Source: a bacterium (GTDB lineage: Bacteria; UBA8248). Taken from it: DNA of 64,000 nt. Both the position numbers and the translations under genes were made by a program. Under the pieces are notes generated by a model. It had not been told where the DNA came from and ran no database searches. It was given only the letters and a program-made list of their open reading frames with translations. The DNA is taken from contig OZ253442.1 in assembly GCA_965261085.1 (NCBI GenBank), positions 2,144,001 through 2,208,000 on the forward strand, in the 5' to 3' direction. Every line of letters begins with the position of its first letter. Position 1 is the first letter of the stretch. This document shows positions 53,804 through 63,416 of this stretch, one piece after another.

Positions 53804-54886
53804 GTGTCGAACACGTTTGGCCGCTTGTTTCGCTTTACAACCTGGGGTGAGTCGCACGGTCCCGCTTTGGGCGTCGTGGTGGACGGTTGTCCGGCAGGCC
53901 TGCCACTTGATGAATCTGATCTTCAGCGGGATTTGGATCGCAGGCGGCCGGGCCAGAGCCGTGTGACGACCCAGCGAAAAGAAGAGGATCGGGCGGAGAT
54001 ATTATCCGGCGTCTTCGAGGGCGAGACGACCGGGCATCCCATCTCGGTGCTCATTCGAAACAAAGACGCCGATTCGAGCAAATACGAACCCTTGCGCAAC
54101 CTGTATCGTCCGGGGCATGCGGATTTCACCTACATCCAAAAGTGGGGGATACGAGACCACCGGGGCGGTGGGCGTTCCAGCGCGCGGGAGACGGCCGCGC
54201 GCGTTGCGGCGGGAGCGATAGCCAAGAAACTCCTCGCCCGCCTCGGCATCTCGATCTTGGGCTACGTCGATCAGGTGGGAGAGATTCGCTGGGACGGCGC
54301 GCGCTTCGACGCGGACGAGATAGAGCGAAACATCGTTCGTTGCCCGGATACGGAAACGGCGTCTCGGATGGAGGCGGCCATTCTCGAGGCCCGCAAGGCG
54401 GGCGATTCAGTGGGCGGCGCCATCACCATTCAGGCCGATGGCGTTCCCCCTGGCTGGGGAGAGCCGCTTTATGGGCGTCTCGACTCCGATCTTGCGGCTG
54501 CGATGATGAGCATCAACGCGGTGAAGGGGGTGGAAATCGGCTCCGGCTTCCGGGCCGCCGGAATGCGGGGTTCAGAGAACAACGATCCGTTCGAGATGAA
54601 AAACGGAGAGCCGAGGATGAGGACGAACAACGCGGGCGGAATTTTGGGCGGCATATCCACGGGCGCGCCGGTGGTGGTTCGATTTGCTGTAAAGCCGACT
54701 TCCTCCATTTTGATCGAACAGGACACGGTGACGACGTCGGGTGAGAAAACGACCGTGAAGGTGGAGGGGCGGCACGACCCCTGCGTGGCGACGAGGGCGG
54801 TGCCCATTGGCGAGGCGATGATGGCGCTCGTGCTGGCGGATCATTGGCGTCTCGGCTTGGGGAGTCGCATCGGTGAGCCCGATTGA
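53804..54886 (+). CDS. aroC: Chorismate synthase
   Basis: [34 protein letters not shown] and GRHDPC. Confidence 0.97.
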   Translation: MSNTFGRLFRFTTWGESHGPALGVVVDGCPAGLPLDESDLQRDLDRRRPGQSRVTTQRKEEDRAEILSGVFEGETTGHPISVLIRNKDADSSKYEPLRNLYRPGHADFTYIQKWGIRDHRGGGRSSARETAARVAAGAIAKKLLARLGISILGYVDQVGEIRWDGARFDADEIERNIVRCPDTETASRMEAAILEARKAGDSVGGAITIQADGVPPGWGEPLYGRLDSDLAAAMMSINAVKGVEIGSGFRAAGMRGSENNDPFEMKNGEPRMRTNNAGGILGGISTGAPVVVRFAVKPTSSILIEQDTVTTSGEKTTVKVEGRHDPCVATRAVPIGEAMMALVLADHWRLGLGSRIGEPD

Positions 54887-55017
54887 GAACCGTTGGAAGC
54901 AAAATCATCGGATTCTGGGGATTATTCGGGTTTAAGTGTCGTAGAGAGTGCCATCAATCTTCGCTTTATAGGGCAAGGGATATCGGTTAGGGTCATTACA
55001 ATTACTTCCGTTTCCTC

Positions 55018-55827
55018 ATGGAGCGTGTCATGAAACTCGGGGTCGTGGGTCTGGGCGTCATAGGCAAGGCCGTGGTGAAGGCGGTGGATGAAGGAAAAAT
55101 ACCCGTCGATATACCGGTCGCCGTGACGCGGACGGTCGAAAAAGTGGAAGATTTTCTGGCTAGTCTTAAAAATCCGCCGCGCATGACGGATCTGGCGGGC
55201 GTGGCGCAGGAGGCGGACGTCGTAATGGAAGCCTCGGGCGGAAATACCGTGGAGGCGATTTGCCATGAATGTTTCTCCAGAGGAAAAGACGTGATCGTCA
55301 ATTCCGTGGGCGCGCTTCTCGATCGGGAGGATTTGATCGAAGAGGCGAAGCGGGGAGGTTCCCGCATATTCGTTCCCTCGGGCGCCATTATCGGTTTGGA
55401 CGGTCTCAAGGGGGCCTCGGCCGGCAGCATGGAATCCGTCACCATGACGACGCGAAAACCGCCCGAGAGCCTCAAAGGCGCCCCCTATATCGAGGCCCAG
55501 GGGATTGACCTCGACGCCATTGATGAGCCGACGGTGATTTTTGAGGGTAATCCCCTGGAAGCGTGCAAAGCGTTTCCAGCGAACGTGAACGTATCCGCCG
55601 CCGTAAGCTTCGCGGGAATCGGGCCACGCAGGACGAAACTACGGATTGTGTGCGACCCCACGGTCAATCGGAACATCCACGAGGTCGAAGCGGTGGGGGA
55701 ATTCGGGCGCTCTTTTATCCGTATTGAAAACGTGCCGTCTGAAAATCATCGAACGGGCATATTGACGTATCTCTCGACTTTTTCCTTCCTCAGAGATCGA
55801 ACATCCACATTGATTGTCGGCACATAG
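55018..55827 (+). CDS. nadX: L-aspartate dehydrogenase family protein
   Basis: G.G.IG, SVGAL, PSGAI.GLD, TTRKPP, FPANVNV and N.H.V. Confidence 0.85.
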   Translation: MERVMKLGVVGLGVIGKAVVKAVDEGKIPVDIPVAVTRTVEKVEDFLASLKNPPRMTDLAGVAQEADVVMEASGGNTVEAICHECFSRGKDVIVNSVGALLDREDLIEEAKRGGSRIFVPSGAIIGLDGLKGASAGSMESVTMTTRKPPESLKGAPYIEAQGIDLDAIDEPTVIFEGNPLEACKAFPANVNVSAAVSFAGIGPRRTKLRIVCDPTVNRNIHEVEAVGEFGRSFIRIENVPSENHRTGILTYLSTFSFLRDRTSTLIVGT

Positions 55828-55849
55828 CCGCTTGACGAGCGGTGCTTGA

Positions 55850-56848
55850 ATGGAGGGTGGTTTTTTGAACCAGAACGTCGTTTTTTTCGTGCCGGAGACG
55901 CGCGCGCCCATCGAATCGTTGCGAAACATGCTGGAGCCGCATGGCGAATTCCGCGACGGCGGCCGCCAAAAATGGTCGGAAGACGAATTGGTGCGCGATG
56001 CCCATGAATGGGACGTCTTGTTGGTGACTTCGAGAGAGCAAATCACCGAACGGGTGATCGAGGCCGCGACTCGCATGAAGCTCATCGCCAAGATTGGCGT
56101 CGGGGTGGAGAATATCGATATTCCCGCGGCGACGAGGCGAAAAATCCCGGTCACGAACTGCCCTGGCGCCAACGCCGTCGCCGTGGCGGAAGCGTCACTG
56201 GGACTGATGCTGGCCGCGAGCCGCCGGATTCCCCAGGGGATGGAAAAGCTGCGACAAGGGGGATGGCGCGAGGGCATCTGGATTGCCAACGAGATGAGCG
56301 GGGCCACGTTCGGTATCGTCGGCTTCGGGAACATCGGGCGGGAACTGACCCGGCTTTTGGCTGGCTTTCAGGGCCGCATCCTGGCGTATGACGCGTTCGT
56401 GCGTGATGAGGCGATACGAGAAGCGGGTGTGGAGCCGGTGGATTTGGATAGGTTGACGAGCGAGTCTGATTTCATATCGCTTCATTGCAGCTTGACGCCC
56501 GATACGCGCCACATGTTCGATGTCCACAAGTTTCGGATGATGAAAAAATCGGCGGTGCTCGTGAACTGCGCGCGTGGCGCGATTATCGATGAGGCGGCGC
56601 TGGTTCACGCGCTCAGGGAAGGGGAAATCGCCTCGGCCGGTATTGATGTCTTCGAGGAAGAACCTCCGAACCCGGACAATCCGCTTTTCAGTCTGCCGAA
56701 TGCGGTGGTGACGCCGCACTTCGCCGGAGCGAGCCACCAGGCCCGCGAACGGGTGAACCGCCTGGCCGGAGAGAACGTACTCGCCGTATTGAAGGGAGAG
56801 CGCGTGAATCCTAAGACATTGCTCAACCCCGAGGTATACGAGGCCTGA
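55850..56848 (+). CDS. D-isomer-specific 2-hydroxyacid dehydrogenase (SerA-like catalytic domains)
   Basis: GVG.ENID, N..AVAE, G.GNIG, N.ARG, DVFEEEP and TPH. Confidence 0.9.
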   Translation: MEGGFLNQNVVFFVPETRAPIESLRNMLEPHGEFRDGGRQKWSEDELVRDAHEWDVLLVTSREQITERVIEAATRMKLIAKIGVGVENIDIPAATRRKIPVTNCPGANAVAVAEASLGLMLAASRRIPQGMEKLRQGGWREGIWIANEMSGATFGIVGFGNIGRELTRLLAGFQGRILAYDAFVRDEAIREAGVEPVDLDRLTSESDFISLHCSLTPDTRHMFDVHKFRMMKKSAVLVNCARGAIIDEAALVHALREGEIASAGIDVFEEEPPNPDNPLFSLPNAVVTPHFAGASHQARERVNRLAGENVLAVLKGERVNPKTLLNPEVYEA

Positions 56849-56976
56849 TGACGGGCGGAAAGTGCGCATGATTTATTTGTCTCGGAGGCTTGCGCCCATC
56901 CGCATCAAATCACTATACTTGCGCGGTTGTTCGAGACTCCGGACTTCAAAATCCCACAGTGCTGGAGGATGTTTTT

Positions 56977-57891
56977 TTGGAAGGCGCAACAGATAAAATT
57001 TGGATGGACGGAGAATTCGTTCCTTGGAATGAAGCCAAAATTCATGTCCTCACGCATTCGCTGCACTATGGATTGGGGGTATTCGAGGGAATCCGTTGCT
57101 ATCAGACCGAGCGTGGCTCCGCCGTTTTCCGCCTGGAGGAGCATATGCGGAGGCTCTATGATTCTGCGCGGATTGTGGGTCTCACTGTGCCCGTCACGAA
57201 GGATGACTACACCGAAGCGATATTGGAGACGATACGCATCAACCAAATGAAGGCGTGCTACATCCGCCCGCTCATCTGGCTCGGTTACGGGTCCATGGGG
57301 GTGAACCCCAAAGGAGCGCCCACTCATGCGATGGTTGCCGTATGGAGCTGGGGGGCGTATCTTGGGGAGGAGGGATTGGCGAAAGGCATTCGGGTCAAGG
57401 TCTCGTCTTTCACGTCTCATCACCCGAACAGCTATATGACCAAGGCGAAAACCACGGGCAACTACGCCGTCAGCCAGATGGCGAAGCTCGAAGCCGTGGG
57501 TGCGGGATATGATGAGGCGCTCATGCTGGACCCGGAGGGTCTGATCACCCAGGGATCGGGCGAGAACATCTTCATCGTTCGGGACGGTGTGCTCAAGACG
57601 CCGCCGCTTCATGGCGTGCTGGCGGGTATCACGCGCGACACCATCGTTCAACTCGGCGATGAGCAGGGTGTGGAGGTGCAGGTTGCTCCCTTCGCCCGGG
57701 ACGAAGTCTATGTGGCGGATGAGGCCTTCTTCACCGGTACGGCCGCCGAGGTGACTCCCATTCGGGAGGTGGACGACAGGACCATCGGTTCGGGAGAGCC
57801 CGGCCCGGTGACGAAGAGAATCCAATCCTCATTCTTTGAGATCGTGAACGGGCGCGATGAGAGCAAGCTCGATTGGCTTACATTTATTTAA
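56977..57891 (+). CDS. ilvE: Branched-chain amino acid aminotransferase
   Basis: IW.DG, LHYG.GVFEG, YIRP, AK..GNY, GITR and GTAAEVTP; TTG start 8 nt after GGAGG. Confidence 0.95.
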   Translation: MEGATDKIWMDGEFVPWNEAKIHVLTHSLHYGLGVFEGIRCYQTERGSAVFRLEEHMRRLYDSARIVGLTVPVTKDDYTEAILETIRINQMKACYIRPLIWLGYGSMGVNPKGAPTHAMVAVWSWGAYLGEEGLAKGIRVKVSSFTSHHPNSYMTKAKTTGNYAVSQMAKLEAVGAGYDEALMLDPEGLITQGSGENIFIVRDGVLKTPPLHGVLAGITRDTIVQLGDEQGVEVQVAPFARDEVYVADEAFFTGTAAEVTPIREVDDRTIGSGEPGPVTKRIQSSFFEIVNGRDESKLDWLTFI

Positions 57892-57910
57892 CGACGAGGA
57901 GAAATTCGAA

Positions 57911-58243
57911 GTGCCGATTTACGAATATGATTGCAGCGGATGTGGAGATGAGCACGAAGTTATACAGAAAATGGGAGCCGGCACTCTGCGGAAATGCCCG
58001 AGTTGCGGCGCCCTCAGGCTCAGGCGCAAAATCTCCCGCTCCGCCTTCCACCTCAAAGGTGATGGCTGGTATGTGACGGATTACGCCTCGAACGGCAAGA
58101 GCAAAGAGACGGACTCTGAGACTGCCGTTTCCGATTCGAAATCAGAGAGTAAATCCACTGAAAAGAAAGAAACGACCGCCACGAATGGCGCAGCATCGAA
58201 ACAGGACAGCAAGAAAAACCCCGAGCCGGTAGCTGCGGGTTAG
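57911..58243 (+). CDS. FmdB-family zinc-ribbon protein
   Basis: GTG start, (M)PIYEY.C..C...CP.CG...F.LKG.GWY.TDY plus a S/K/E-rich tail. Confidence 0.88.
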   Translation: MPIYEYDCSGCGDEHEVIQKMGAGTLRKCPSCGALRLRRKISRSAFHLKGDGWYVTDYASNGKSKETDSETAVSDSKSESKSTEKKETTATNGAASKQDSKKNPEPVAAG

Positions 58244-59013
58244 TTTTTCGGTAAAAACGCGACCATCCTCACGATGCAGCCATCGCCGCCCGTCCAGCGC
58301 CAGGGAAATGCGGCCAGCGCGAATCGTTTGCCTACGACTTTGTCGATGTCTCCACCCACGTTCTCGAAACCGACGATTCCATTCCCCAGAAGCGCCCGGT
58401 GGCAGGGCTCCCAATAGGGGAAATCCTCGCTCGTGGGGCGACCGAAGCGTTCTTCGTATTCCTCGAGAGTGAACGGACAGATGGGCTGAGGTCCCCATGC
58501 TATTTTCGTTCCCAGCGGATGGTCGAGCGCCTGTTGGTCCACGCCCACGCCCTTCACGCCGCGTTCCACGAACCATTCGCCCGCCTCCTTGTAGAGACCG
58601 GGGGAGTAGATGAAGTATTTGGTGTTGTCGCCGTAATAATGGTGCCATCCGGTATGCACGATGACGATGTCGCCCGGTTGAATCTTCGGCCTTGCGTTTT
58701 CCAAATCTTCAGGTGTAATGACTTCCCATTCTTCTTTTGGAATATCGACGCACACGGCGTTGCCGAAATAGCTTTGCAGCGGCACTTCATCCATGAACGG
58801 CGTGCCCTCGATGACGTGCGCCGGGGCGTCGGTGTGGGTTGTGCAGTGCATGAACGTGGTGATCTGCTGACTCAGCACCTGACTTTTTGCGTGATAGTGA
58901 AATCGCTCGATCTTGACATCCGGAAAGTATGGCCAAAGCGGGGCGCCGTGCCCCCAGGGGTGACTCAAATCGATGATGTCGTAATCATCCAGACGGTCCG
59001 TGTCGATTATCAT
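58240..59013 (-). CDS. Cyclase family (kynurenine formamidase-like) metal hydrolase
   Basis: DLSHP, HCTTHTDAPAH, GDIV..HTG, G.D..A.D, H..LL..GI..EN and GDG..R. True start is ATG 59013; the longer ORF call overlaps the tRNA. Confidence 0.88.
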   Translation of the reverse strand: MIIDTDRLDDYDIIDLSHPWGHGAPLWPYFPDVKIERFHYHAKSQVLSQQITTFMHCTTHTDAPAHVIEGTPFMDEVPLQSYFGNAVCVDIPKEEWEVITPEDLENARPKIQPGDIVIVHTGWHHYYGDNTKYFIYSPGLYKEAGEWFVERGVKGVGVDQQALDHPLGTKIAWGPQPICPFTLEEYEERFGRPTSEDFPYWEPCHRALLGNGIVGFENVGGDIDKVVGKRFALAAFPWRWTGGDGCIVRMVAFLPKN

Positions 59014-59136
59014 GGTATATTCGTCCTTCAACGAAAGAAGCGATGAGTTTGATGACTTTGGATTGAGGCGTAATGTAGCAAATATCACGTGACGCCGCCA
59101 TGAAAGCGTACTTGGCTCGGCGATGAAAGGGAAGAT

Positions 59137-59373
59137 GTGGAAACTAATGAGTGCCCCGCATGCGGGTTGCGATTTCGGCATGCGCATCCCAATGCGTGCA
59201 CCGCCTGCAGCCGGGTGCATTGCCGCAATTGTCTCAAAATATTCAGGGACGAGGTGGAAGAAGAACCAGAGGGACGCTTTATCGTTTTGTGCCCCGATTG
59301 CGAGGATTCCGTCTCCTGGCGAGTCGAAGCGCAGGAGGTTTCGGTGTCGAGCTGGGCGGAATATGATGGATGA
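59137..59373 (+). CDS. Small Cys-rich putative zinc-finger protein
   Basis: 78 aa with four CxxC pairs (CPAC, CTAC, CRNC, CPDC); GTG start after purine-rich AAAGGGAAGA. Confidence 0.65.
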   Translation: METNECPACGLRFRHAHPNACTACSRVHCRNCLKIFRDEVEEEPEGRFIVLCPDCEDSVSWRVEAQEVSVSSWAEYDG

Positions 59374-59449
59374 GTCTCGTTTGTGAGAGAAAATGCGAGA
59401 CGCATCTTGCCAGAAGGTATGCGTAGAGGCTAAGTTACATCTTCTTTCT

Positions 59450-59536
59450 GCCGGAGTGGCGGAATTGGTAGACGCAGTGGACTCAAAATCCACCGGGGGC
59501 AACCCCTTGCCGGTTCGAGTCCGGCCTTCGGCACCA
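59450..59536 (+). tRNA. tRNA-Leu (anticodon CAA)
   Basis: GCCGGAG acceptor stem pairing with CTTCGGC-ACCA, D-loop GGAATTGGTAGAC, anticodon arm GTGGA-CTCAAAA-TCCAC, long variable arm, GGTTCGAGTCC T-arm. Confidence 0.97.
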
Positions 59537-59583
59537 ACATATGTTTCGTCCAAGAGGATTTCCATCAGGACAAGAAAGTCTCC

Positions 59584-60693
59584 ATGCGCGTACCCCTTTA
59601 TGATTTGAAAGCCCAAAACGGGCCGCTGAAGGCGCAGATTTTGGCGGCAGTCGAAAACGTGATGACCCACCAAAGGTTTCTCATGGGTGAGGAGATCGGC
59701 GCTTTAGAGTCCGAGATGGCGGCGTATTGTGGCGCGGGATACGCCATCGCCGTTTCATCGGGAACGGATGCCCTCCTGTTGGCGCTGATGGCGAACGACG
59801 TCAGCCCGGGAGATGAAATCATCACGTCGGCGTTCACGTTTTTCGCTACCGCGGGCGTCATCCATCGCCTGGGCGCGAAACCGGTGTTCGTGGATGTCGA
59901 CCCCGACACGTTCAATCTCGCGCCAGGGCGGCTTGAAGAGGCCATCACGCCGAATACGAAGGGGGTAATACCCGTTCACATGTACGGACGCTGCGCGCCG
60001 ATGGCGGAAATTCTCGAAATCGCCGACCACCACCACAGACTTTTTGTGGTGGAAGACGCCGCTCAGGCCGTCGGCTCCAGAACGAGCCTGGGTGTGGCCG
60101 GCGCCATGGGGGATGCGGGTTGTCTGTCGTTTTATCCCACCAAAAACCTGAGCGCGCTCGGCGACGCCGGCATGGTTTTGGCCAAGGACGGCGCACGGGC
60201 CGAGCGCATGCGGAGGCTCAGGGTTCACGGCTCGCCCGATAATTCCGAGTATTCCGAGGTAGGCGGAAATTTCAGGATGGATACGATGCAGGCGGCTGTT
60301 TTGTCCATCAAGCTAAATCGCCTGGAGGAATGGAACGCAAAGAGGCGGCAAAACGCGCAGAAATACCAGGAAAGATTCGAGGCCGGTGGGATTATCGGGG
60401 AGCGGTTCGCACCTCCCTCGATTCCAGGTGAGGGACATGTGTTTCACCAATACGCGGTTCGGACGCCCGAGCGGGATGCGCTACAAGAGCATTTGTTACG
60501 AAACGGCGTTGGTTGCGCCGTGTATTATTCCTCTCCCTTGCATCTCCATCCCTGCTTTGAAGGGTACCAGAAAGGGGATTTTCCCGAGAGCGAGGCCGCG
60601 GCGGCCCAGGTTTTGTCGCTTCCCGCCTATCCGGAATTGCCGGATGCCGACCTCGATTTTGTGGCGGACAACGTGATTCGGTTTTTCGGATAG
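59584..60693 (+). CDS. DegT/DnrJ/EryC1/StrS PLP-dependent sugar aminotransferase
   Basis: SSGTDAL, TF.AT, PVH.YG, EDAAQA, SFYPTKNL...GD.G and N.R.D..QAA. Confidence 0.93.
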   Translation: MRVPLYDLKAQNGPLKAQILAAVENVMTHQRFLMGEEIGALESEMAAYCGAGYAIAVSSGTDALLLALMANDVSPGDEIITSAFTFFATAGVIHRLGAKPVFVDVDPDTFNLAPGRLEEAITPNTKGVIPVHMYGRCAPMAEILEIADHHHRLFVVEDAAQAVGSRTSLGVAGAMGDAGCLSFYPTKNLSALGDAGMVLAKDGARAERMRRLRVHGSPDNSEYSEVGGNFRMDTMQAAVLSIKLNRLEEWNAKRRQNAQKYQERFEAGGIIGERFAPPSIPGEGHVFHQYAVRTPERDALQEHLLRNGVGCAVYYSSPLHLHPCFEGYQKGDFPESEAAAAQVLSLPAYPELPDADLDFVADNVIRFFG

Positions 60694-60725
60694 AATTCTA
60701 TAATGGCTTTATGCGGCTTGAGCGT

Positions 60726-61091
60726 TCAGTTTTTCAGGGTCATGTAGAGCAGAGCTAGAAGAAGTCCGGCCACGCCGAACCAGAGGATTTTCCCCTCCGT
60801 TTTCAGATATGTCTGCCATTCCGTCCTATCGTCTTCGGTGAATAGTTCCCTGCGCGCCCCGTCGTCGTGCGGGCCGGTGATTTCCTGATATAAATCCTTT
60901 CCCCGCGGGGTGTCCGATTCTTGTTTTTGGCGGTTTTGCGCCGTCCAGTTCAAAAGGGCGAAGTAGGCGAGAAAAACGGTTATCGCCAAAAGCCCCGTGA
61001 TGCGAGCGGCCGTATGATCTCCAAACATCCAACTCCCGATTCCCACGCCTAGAATGACGAGAAGAAAAACCGGGGAACAACCGGTGAGCAT
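60726..61091 (-). CDS. Hypothetical membrane protein
   Basis: 121-aa ORF with three hydrophobic segments and a GGAG RBS, co-oriented with plsY. Confidence 0.6.
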   Translation of the reverse strand: MLTGCSPVFLLVILGVGIGSWMFGDHTAARITGLLAITVFLAYFALLNWTAQNRQKQESDTPRGKDLYQEITGPHDDGARRELFTEDDRTEWQTYLKTEGKILWFGVAGLLLALLYMTLKN

Positions 61092-61157
61092 GTTTTCTCC
61101 AATGGCTTAAGAATGATGATTTTCGGTGACCAGATATCCTTGCGTCTTGGAAAAGCC

Positions 61158-61763
61158 TTACTCTTTTTTCCGCCCGATGCGGTTCTCCTCCCCTCGCATC
61201 AATCGTCCGATATTGTCCTGATGTTTCCAAATCACCAACAAGGAGATGAGGGCGGATGAGGTGTATACCACCACAGGGTAGTTCATCCAAAAACCCGCGA
61301 GCGGCACCGCCGCCGCGGCGAGCATGGAGCCAAGAGAGACGTATCGCGTCACAGCCACCACGAGGATAAAGACGAGCGCGGCGAGGGCCGTCGGCCCTGG
61401 GGTCAGAAGGGCGAACACGCCAAGTCCGGTGGCCACGCCCTTGCCCCCGCGAAAGCCCGTGAACGGCGAATACATGTGCCCGAGCACCGCCGCAAGGGCG
61501 GCGATAGGCTCCAGAGTTGGGGCGGAGACGCGCGAGGCCACATAACGGGCGAAAAGAATGGCTGCGACGCCTTTGAGCACGTCGAGCAGAAGGGTGAGAA
61601 CACCGCTTTTCCAGCCACTCGTCCTCAAGACGTTCGTCGCGCCGATGTTGCCGCTTCCCGATTTTCGCGGGTCTTCGGCGCCAAGCAATCGGGTGATCAG
61701 CACTCCGAAGGGGATGGCTCCCAGGAATCCACCGACCAGGATGACGAGAAAAAAAGATCCCAT
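61158..61763 (-). CDS. plsY: Glycerol-3-phosphate acyltransferase PlsY
   Basis: G.IP.G, GSGNIGATNVLR, D.LKG, GH..SP...FRGGKGVAT, YVSLGS and H..NI.RL..G.E. Confidence 0.96.
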   Translation of the reverse strand: MGSFFLVILVGGFLGAIPFGVLITRLLGAEDPRKSGSGNIGATNVLRTSGWKSGVLTLLLDVLKGVAAILFARYVASRVSAPTLEPIAALAAVLGHMYSPFTGFRGGKGVATGLGVFALLTPGPTALAALVFILVVAVTRYVSLGSMLAAAAVPLAGFWMNYPVVVYTSSALISLLVIWKHQDNIGRLMRGEENRIGRKKE

Positions 61764-62377
61764 CAAGAGATGGCTCGGATGATTTGCCGAAAATAATCAA
61801 CTGCAGAAATCACAGCCGCTATCATGGCGGCCCAAATCAAAATGGTGCCCAGCGGCGGAAAAATACTCAGGATGAGGAAAAAAATTGCCGCGACCTCCAG
61901 GCCCATCTTGATTTTGCCGAGAAAGCCCGCCGGCACCACCAGCCCTCGGCGCATGGCCACGGCGCGAAAGGCCGTCACCAGAAGCTCCCGGCCCAGCAGT
62001 ATGCCCACAACCCAGGCGTCCACTTTCCCAAGCGATACCAAGGGGATCAAAGCAGCGACGATGAGCAGCTTGTCGGCAACAGGGTCGAGAATCTCACCCA
62101 GAGGGGTAACCTGGTCGCGCGTTCTGGCCAGGTGACCGTCGAGCCAGTCGGTAAAGGCCGCCATGACGAACAGACCTGCCGCGAAGTATTGCGCAGGAGG
62201 CGAACCCTGGAGCAAGAACATGACGAGCAATGGAACCATCAGGATACGGGCTAAGGTGAGGCTGTTGGCGAGCGTGAATTTTTCTCCGGTTCCACTCGCG
62301 ATGAGGAGCGAGATCGCCTCCCGCCAGCCTGCGGGAGAAGCGTCAGATTTTTGTGATTTTGCCTTGGACATCGTCAA
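61763..62377 (-). CDS. pgsA: CDP-diacylglycerol--glycerol-3-phosphate 3-phosphatidyltransferase
   Basis: N.LTLARI and TD.LDG.LAR....T.LG.ILDP.ADK signatures, plus GKIK. Confidence 0.93.
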   Translation of the reverse strand: MTMSKAKSQKSDASPAGWREAISLLIASGTGEKFTLANSLTLARILMVPLLVMFLLQGSPPAQYFAAGLFVMAAFTDWLDGHLARTRDQVTPLGEILDPVADKLLIVAALIPLVSLGKVDAWVVGILLGRELLVTAFRAVAMRRGLVVPAGFLGKIKMGLEVAAIFFLILSIFPPLGTILIWAAMIAAVISAVDYFRQIIRAIS

Positions 62378-63363
62378 CTCAAAAAATCATGAAGCGTTTG
62401 GTTGCTGCCTTGCGCGCGAAAACGGCTGATCACTTTTTTTTCAATTTGCCTGATTCTTTCGCGCGATAGCCCGAGTTTGCTTCCGATTTCTTCGAGTGTC
62501 ATCGCCTCTCCGTCGAAGCCATAGCGCATGCGAATAATGTCACGCTCCCTGGGGTCGAGTTCTGCGAGCAAGTCCTCTACCTCCTCTTCCAGAGAGTGTT
62601 GCACCACGTTTTCTTCCACGGATACGGCGCTTTGCTCTTCGAGTAAATCGAGGTAGCTGGTGTCGTCGTCGGGAGAGATGGTAGCGTCGAGAGAAAGATA
62701 ATTCCGATTAGCGCGTCTGAGTTTCTCGATGTCCGTCACTTTTATGTTCAACCGTTCGGACAGTTCATATGTCGTTGGTTCTCGCTTGAATTCCTGCCGG
62801 AGCTTCTCGTACATGATGGAGATTTTATGGAGAAGACCGGCCTGTTTGACAGGCAGCCTGACGGTGCTCCTCTGATCCGCGAGAGCGTGCATGATGCTTT
62901 GGCGAATCCACCATACGGCGTAGGTGATGAGTTTTACGCCCCGTTCCGGATCAAAGCGTTTGATCGCATTGATCAGCCCAATGTTTCCTTCATTTATCAA
63001 ATCTTCGAGTGAAAGCCCGAAGTTTTTGTAGCGATTCGCCACGCTGACGACGTATCTCAAATTCGAACGAACGAGTTTATTGAATGCTTCTTCATTCCCC
63101 TCTCTTGCCGCAAGGGCTAACTCGTGCTCTTCATCGCGCGTGAGAATGGAATGGGCGCCGATGTCTCTCATATAGAGGGACAGCGTATCTACAGAGGGGG
63201 AAGCCGGCGCGCCTTCATCAGAATCACCCGGTGAATCGGAAAACGTAGGCGCATTGTCCGTTTCATTTATAGTGTAGGAATCCGTTTCTTTCGTATCGGG
63301 AGCCTCGTCGCGCCCGGCAGGTGAATTTCTGTGTTCGGACTCGCCTTCGTTCGGCTCAGTCAT
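62374..63363 (-). CDS. Sigma-70 family factor (group 2/RpoS-like; no region 1.1)
   Basis: NLR.V.S.A..Y, DLI.EGN.GL, FDPERG, TYAVWWIRQ and TLEEIG..LG.SRERIRQIE. Confidence 0.92.
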   Translation of the reverse strand: MTEPNEGESEHRNSPAGRDEAPDTKETDSYTINETDNAPTFSDSPGDSDEGAPASPSVDTLSLYMRDIGAHSILTRDEEHELALAAREGNEEAFNKLVRSNLRYVVSVANRYKNFGLSLEDLINEGNIGLINAIKRFDPERGVKLITYAVWWIRQSIMHALADQRSTVRLPVKQAGLLHKISIMYEKLRQEFKREPTTYELSERLNIKVTDIEKLRRANRNYLSLDATISPDDDTSYLDLLEEQSAVSVEENVVQHSLEEEVEDLLAELDPRERDIIRMRYGFDGEAMTLEEIGSKLGLSRERIRQIEKKVISRFRAQGSNQTLHDFLS

Positions 63364-63416
63364 AGAGAATTACTCGCATGTGGCTAGGATGTTTGGCAAA
63401 GAAATGAGTCGGAAAA

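Noticed and set aside
56938-56956. CCGGACTTCAAAATCCC resembling a tRNA-Sec anticodon arm
   Set aside because: No acceptor, D or T arms around it, and it lies in the ilvE 5' region. I found no selC in the window.
59450-59583. tRNA-Leu as an integration site of an island or prophage
   Set aside because: No integrase and no duplicated tRNA 3' end seen in the window.
59014-59673. N-terminal extension of ORF 58240..59673
   Set aside because: It overlaps tRNA-Leu and the degT start; cyclase homology begins only at ATG 59013.
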